Below, piece after piece: positions 58,146 to 64,000 of a stretch of 64,000 nucleotides of DNA. The translations under genes and the position numbers were made by a program. Position 1 is the first letter of the stretch. Every line of letters starts with the position of its first letter. Source of the DNA: Octopus vulgaris (taxonomy: Eukaryota); contig OX597822.1 in NCBI GenBank assembly GCA_951406725.2, positions 61,690,001 to 61,754,000 on the forward strand. Reading direction: 5' to 3'. Below the pieces are notes generated by a model that was not told where the DNA came from, did no database searches, and worked only from the letters and a program-made list of their open reading frames with translations.

Positions 58146-58865
58146 CATATAGACAGGCGAATTCGTATCTCCCTCCAAAATTACCACGTGAGTTACAAAA
58201 ACATTACCAACGAAACGAAGTTTCGCAGATTCATTGTATGGGAGTAAATAGTATTCAATACACATAAAGGGTGAAATATAATTAATTTAATAAAATTAAT
58301 AAATTTCACCTAGAAGATTTTCTGTATGGAAATGACCATATTTGGTAAGAATTATATTAATTATAATAAAGGGTTAATTACAACAAGTTGCTCAAAACCA
58401 CATACCGAAAATATTAGAAATAGTAGCCAAATAGATCACTATTTCTACTACTAGTAAAAAAGTATCCACAAACAAACAGAATTTGTAACCCGTATATGGT
58501 AAAGAGAAAGAAGACAACGAAATCCCAGCCTATTGGATTAATTATAGACGAATCCGTTTCTGGATTAGAACCGAAAGTTCGTTTCGTTGGTAATGTTTTT
58601 GTAACTCACGTGGTAATTTTGGAGGGAGATAAGAATTCGCCTGTCTATATAAATGTAAAGATGCGGATTCGTCTATAATTAATCCAATAGGCTGGGATTT
58701 CGTTGTCTTCTTTCTCTTTACCATATACGGGTTACAAATTCTGTTTGTTTGTGGAGAATTTTTTACTAGTAGTAGAAATAGTGATCTATTTGGCTGCTAT
58801 TTGTAATATTTTCGGTATGTGGTTTTGAGCAACTTGTTGTAATTAACCCTTTATTATAATTAATA
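58146..58865. repeat. Interleaved inverted repeats (A...B A' B')
   Basis: ~58146-58224 inverted at ~58572-58650; ~58354-58556 inverted at ~58663-58865. Confidence 0.85.
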
Positions 58866-58884
58866 TATATATATATATATATAT

Positions 58885-59750
58885 ATATAAGAATAAATGT
58901 TTTATATATAAAGAACGTGAAATACAGGAAGGGACAAACACGGAACACAGACAAATCATTCGAAGCCTTCAATCTTCAGTCAGACACCGAATCATCATAG
59001 CAAATTTCGGCTGTTCAATTCTGATATTTGCTCCAACTCGGCCAGTCCCAAGAAAAAAAACTAAGCTGTAAGCATTAGATTTCTTGGTAGAAGACAGGAA
59101 TGTGAACGCACGAGACGGATGTAAATACGAGAGACGAAAACGAAATTGAAAACGGTAACGGTTAAACAAAATATAATATAACGCTGGTTGTCATACGACT
59201 TTAGACCAAATGAGACAAAACAACAAACATAGCAGCAGGCGTAGAAATAATTACCTTTTCGGTAGATGGGACAAATACAGATGTTAGCGAGATACGATCG
59301 CCAACGAAATGGTGGAGAAGCAGCAGGTTGCAGGGGAGAGAGAGAAAGAGAGACAGAGAGAGAGGGAATCAAAGAGGGTGGAAGGCAGGGGACAGAATCA
59401 GTCAGAGACCGAGAGAAAAAGAGAGAAAAGGGATTGAGGAGGATGGGAGGAAGAGGGGGGAAGAAAAAAAAGGGCGCCAAAATAGTTTGGTCAAGAAGCA
59501 ATGGCGGGTAGGAAAGAGAAGTATATAGAAGTCGTGCAGGGTTTAAAATTAGATAAACAAACGGGGGGGGGGGGGTGCACGTAACACCGCAGTAATATAA
59601 GAATAAATGTTTTATATATAAAGAACGTGAAATACAGGAAGGGACAAACACGGAACACAGACAAATCATTCGAAGCCTTCAATCTTCAGTCAGACACCGA
59701 ATCATCATAGCAAATTTCGGCTGTTCAATTCTGATATTTGCTCCAACTCG

Positions 59751-59754
<4 letters not shown>
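58885..59754. mobile_element. 870-bp element with identical 160-bp direct terminal repeats, flanked by (TA)n
   Basis: 58885-59044 equals 59595-59754 by eye; purine-rich non-coding interior; diverged relative at ~24655-24740. Confidence 0.8.
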
Positions 59755-59816
<62 letters not shown>

Positions 59817-59826
59817 CATACATACA

Positions 59827-59862
<36 letters not shown>

Positions 59863-61804
59863 TATATTAATACAGTGGAGTATAAATTCGAGATATCCCC
59901 AAAACACATCGACGTTGTCATAGCCTTAGTTAATTTTATGTATTTTATCTTTTTTTATTGAACATCTTGTGATGTATACCACCAGTTTTAAGTGAATTTT
60001 AAGTACATCTGTGCGGGTTGTCTCTCTCTCTCTCGCTCTCTGTCTATCTATTTAATTGTCTATCTATCTATCAATCTACCTACCTACCTACATACATACA
60101 TACCTAACTACTTACCTATCTTTCCAACTGGCTAGCTATGTATCTAGTCATCCCTCTGCCTGTATCTATGTATATATGTGTGGGACAGTATATATATATA
60201 TATTATCTTGACCTTTTTCGTTTTGCCAAATTTCTTGTGATTTTAAATCTTTAATATGGTCTTCTTTCAGAATATTATGTTGATCGTGTATAACTTTATT
60301 TTTCCAGTAACGGAAGTGAATCATGTCGACGCCTCATTCTAAGTGCATGAAGGTTGAATGTTTCTGTAAATCTATCATTATACTTGTTATGCTTTCTTTA
60401 ATTCTACACTCTTATTTTCTTCATAACTTCCCGCTTGATTAAACAAATGTTTGTGTGTAAAGATAGCTGGAACTCTTTCTAGAGCTACTACCATTTATAC
60501 AAGATAAATTAATTAATAGAGATATAAAATAGTTTAAAAACTTTTGTCTCATTTAAATTTCACCATAAATTATTTATAGATCTTAAGTTTCATCACTGAA
60601 AGCCTTAAATGTCACATTATGAAATTAGAGGCAATCAAATATTCTTTGGATTACGTGCTGGGATTCACAGTTGTCACATCACCCTCTTAACATCTTCTTT
60701 TGGCATATAAGTCGGTGAAAGATAATATTCATCTCTATTATTAGGTAGATTCAATATTTTATTTTCGTTTTTAGTAAGATTATAGTCACGTTGTACATTA
60801 GTATTTGTCACAGAATTCAATTATTAAATCAGTTATTTCATATGCTTATGGTTCTTTAATCACGTCGTTAGAAATCGTCTTAATATTACAAGGATTACTA
60901 ATGTCATTAAATCGTGGTTTAAGCTTACTATTGCGTACATATATATCTTATTTTCTTACTAATGTTGCTAAAATGAAATTGAAATATTGAATATACCTAA
61001 CGATGTACAGGTATATACAAGTCTATGAATGAATTCTGCCGCATATAAAAACAATTTTTAAATCTCATTGACTAAATTTTATTTGCCCCAATATAAATAT
61101 TAATAACTATTTTACTATAAATTATGATCAAAATACCACATGCAACAGAAAATCTAATAACCAATATTATTACTGCAGCAAGAAATATAATTTTATACCA
61201 TTTATAATAACCCAAGTTTCAAAAGTAATAAAAGTCCCTATGATATTTCAAATATTGATAATTTCCAATCTATATATACAATACATTTGTGCCTTTCTAT
61301 AATTCAAATACTAAAGCAAGGAGGGAATATGCCGTCATTCATCATAATATTTCATAGAAAAGTAATGGATGAAATGGAAAAGGAATATTACCTGTTGTAA
61401 CGTTCCATTTGTAAGATCTATAAAAATGGAAATTGCATACTTATTCTATAAAATTCTCGGCGACAATTTTCCGCCACAACCTAAAATTACATGAATTTGG
61501 TTCGCGTTGATAATATTGCTGTTTAATTCTATTAATGCTCATTATCTCTTTCTTCTGTTTCCATTGCTACCGTTTCTCATTTTAAACTTTCTTATTATAC
61601 TACGCCTATTTTAGCATCTATTATAGTAAACGACAGTCATTTAACCTTATACAAGTATTATATTAATTCCAAGGAGACCAGCAATAACTGTCCCTCTGAA
61701 TAGATTACTCGTAATCGTGTAGACTATAAATGGTAACCGCTACAATGATATATTTATAATGTATACAATAGTATCATATTTATGATAGTACAAATAGAAA
61801 TTAT

Positions 61805-63428
61805 GGTTTCAAATTTTGGCACAAGGACAGCAAGTTCGGGGGAGGAGGTAAGTCGATTACATCGACCCCAATGCTCAACTAGTACTTATTCTATTGACCC
61901 CGAAGGATGAAAGGCAAAGTCGACCTCAGCGGAATTTGAACTCAGAATGTAAAAACAGACAAACTACTTAGCAGCATTTTCTCCAGCATACTAACAATTC
62001 TACTAGCCCGCTGCTTTAGTACTAATAGTAATAATCATTTCTACTAAAGGTACAAGACCCGAAATTTGGGTAGAGGGGACTAATCGATTACATCGACCCT
62101 AGTACGCAACTGGTGCTTAATTTGTCGCCTCAAAAGGATGAAAGGTAAAGTCGACTTCGGCGGAATTTGAACTCAGAACGTAAAGATGGACGAAATACTT
62201 ATCTCTTTACTACCCACAGAAAGGGCAAACAAGGACAGAAACGGATTAAGTCGATATATATCGACCCCAGTGCGTAACTGGTACTTATTTAATCGACCCC
62301 AAAAGGATAAAAGGCAAAGTCGACTTCGGAGGAATTTGAACTCAGAACGTAGCGGCAGACGAAACACCACTAAGCATTTCATCCGGTGAGTGCTAATAGT
62401 TCCTTCTCGAGCCATGCCAGGCTCATGAGGGCCGATATCCTCCAGTTTCAGTGGCGTAGATATTCCCCACCTAGATGGGACGCCGCTCCGTCGCAGGATT
62501 ACTCATTTTTGCCAGTTAAGTGGACTGAAGTAACGTGAAATGAAGTGTTTTGCTCAAGAACACAACACACCGCCCGGTCTAGGAATCGAAACCACAACCA
62601 TACGACCATGAATTCAACACCTTAACCACTAAGCCACGCGCCTCCACGAGTACTAATAGTAATAATACTATAAATGATGGTTTCAAATTTTTGCAGAAGC
62701 CCAGCAGTTTCGTGGGAGGGGGCAAGTCGATTACATGAACATGAGTGCTCAACTAGTACTCATTTTATTGACCCGAAAGGATGCAATGTAAAGTTGATCT
62801 CGGAAGAATTTGAACTCAAAATGTAACTGGCAATGACGAGCAATTTCAGGGGATGGGATAGGTCGATTACAACGATCCCAATGTTCAACTGATACTTATT
62901 TCATCGATCCGAAAGGATGAAAGGCGGAATTTGAACTCAGAATGCTTGATGGACAAAATGCTACTTAGCAATTTTCCCGGTGTATCAATGATTCCACCAG
63001 CTTGCCGCATTGCAACTGTAACTATATTAGTTTCGAAGTTTGGCACAACGCCATCAATTTCAGGAGAGGGAATAAGTCGATTACATCACCCACCCCCCGC
63101 CAATACTTAACTGGTACTTATTTTATCGACTCCAAAGTTGACCTCGGTAAAATTTGAACAGCTGTAATAAAATTGATAACGATAACAAGTTGGGTTGTAG
63201 TAACGATTGTAATAATCCTTCTACTGGAGGTACAAGGTCTCATATTTGTGGAGTTGGGACTTGTAGATTATATCGACCCCAGCGTTTCACTGGTACTCAT
63301 TTTATCGACCTCGAAAGGATGAAAAGCAAAGTCGACCTCGGCGAAATTTGGATTCAGAACGTAGCGACGTTCTGAAATACAGCTAAGCATTTCGTCCAGC
63401 GCGCTAACGATTCTTCCAGCTCACCGCC
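61805..63428 (-). mobile_element. Co-oriented pile of about seven SINE family B units with a nested SINE C (62405-62647)
   Basis: Repeated GTCGATTAC..AACT(A/G)GTACTT..GGATGAAAGG..ATTTGAACTC; SINE C flanked by GAGT(G/A)CTAATAGT duplication. Confidence 0.88.
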
Positions 63429-63600
63429 TTAGTAACGATTATAATAATGATAATAGTTACAATATTAATAATAGAAGTACAAACAATCAAAAGAAAAACG
63501 TAGCATAGCTAATTTTTGTACTATTTGTAGAGTAATGAGAATAAAAGCAAATAATTCTAATAATAAAATTTCTTCTTATATCAATAATGGGAATTTTCAA

Positions 63601-64000
63601 GGCGGCGAGCTGGCAGAAACGTTAGCACGCCGGGCGAAATGCTTAGCGGTATTTCGTCTGCCGCTACGTTCTGAGTTCAAATTCCACCAAGGTCGACTTT
63701 GCCTTTCATCCTTTCGGGGTCGATTAAATAAGTACCAGTTACGCCCTGGGGTCGATATATATCGACTTAATCCGTTTGCTTGTCTTTGTTTGTCTTCTCT
63801 GTGTTTAGCCCCTTGTGGGTAGTAAAGAGATAAGTATTTCGTCTGCCGCTAATTTCTGAGTTCAAATTCCGCAGAGGTCGACTTTGCCTTTCATCCTTTC
63901 GGAGTTGATAAATTAGTACCAGTGGCGTACTGGGGTGGATCTAATCGACTGGCCCCCTCCCCCAAAATTTGGGACCTTGTGCCTAGAGTAGAAATAAATA
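63601..64000 (+). mobile_element. SINE family B dimer (head-core-tail 1, then core-tail 2)
   Basis: Second core starts at ~63832 directly after the first tail. Confidence 0.88.

Noticed and set aside
58945-58990. CTGAAGA...GAAT motif (also at 59655-59700 and ~24690) as a canonical hammerhead
   Set aside because: Stem I cannot be formed and there is no proper NUH site; mentioned only as an atypical motif.

Overview
AT-rich, microsatellite-saturated animal genomic DNA. The SINE repertoire points to an octopod cephalopod (inference). I found no host gene, and nearly all listed ORFs are translations of (TA)n/(CA)n/(TACA)n/(GATA)n/(TAA)n tracts. The window is mostly decayed transposons: a Penelope-like element (RT + GIY-YIG), a CR1 3' end, an L1-type endonuclease relic, several R4/Dong-type LINEs in (TAA)n tracts, a Ty3/gypsy gag-protease fragment, a mariner derivative, a Tx1-like LINE end inside (TATC)n, MITEs and three tRNA-headed SINE families. 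The main hidden signal is a set of minimal type-I hammerhead ribozyme motifs (seven complete folds plus several fold-back halves). They sit in short (TA)n-flanked non-coding elements, show stem covariation, and one lies just downstream of the Penelope ORF. A second signal is a SINE that forms head-to-tail multimers at one fixed internal junction. All alignments and folds were done by eye and boundaries are approximate.
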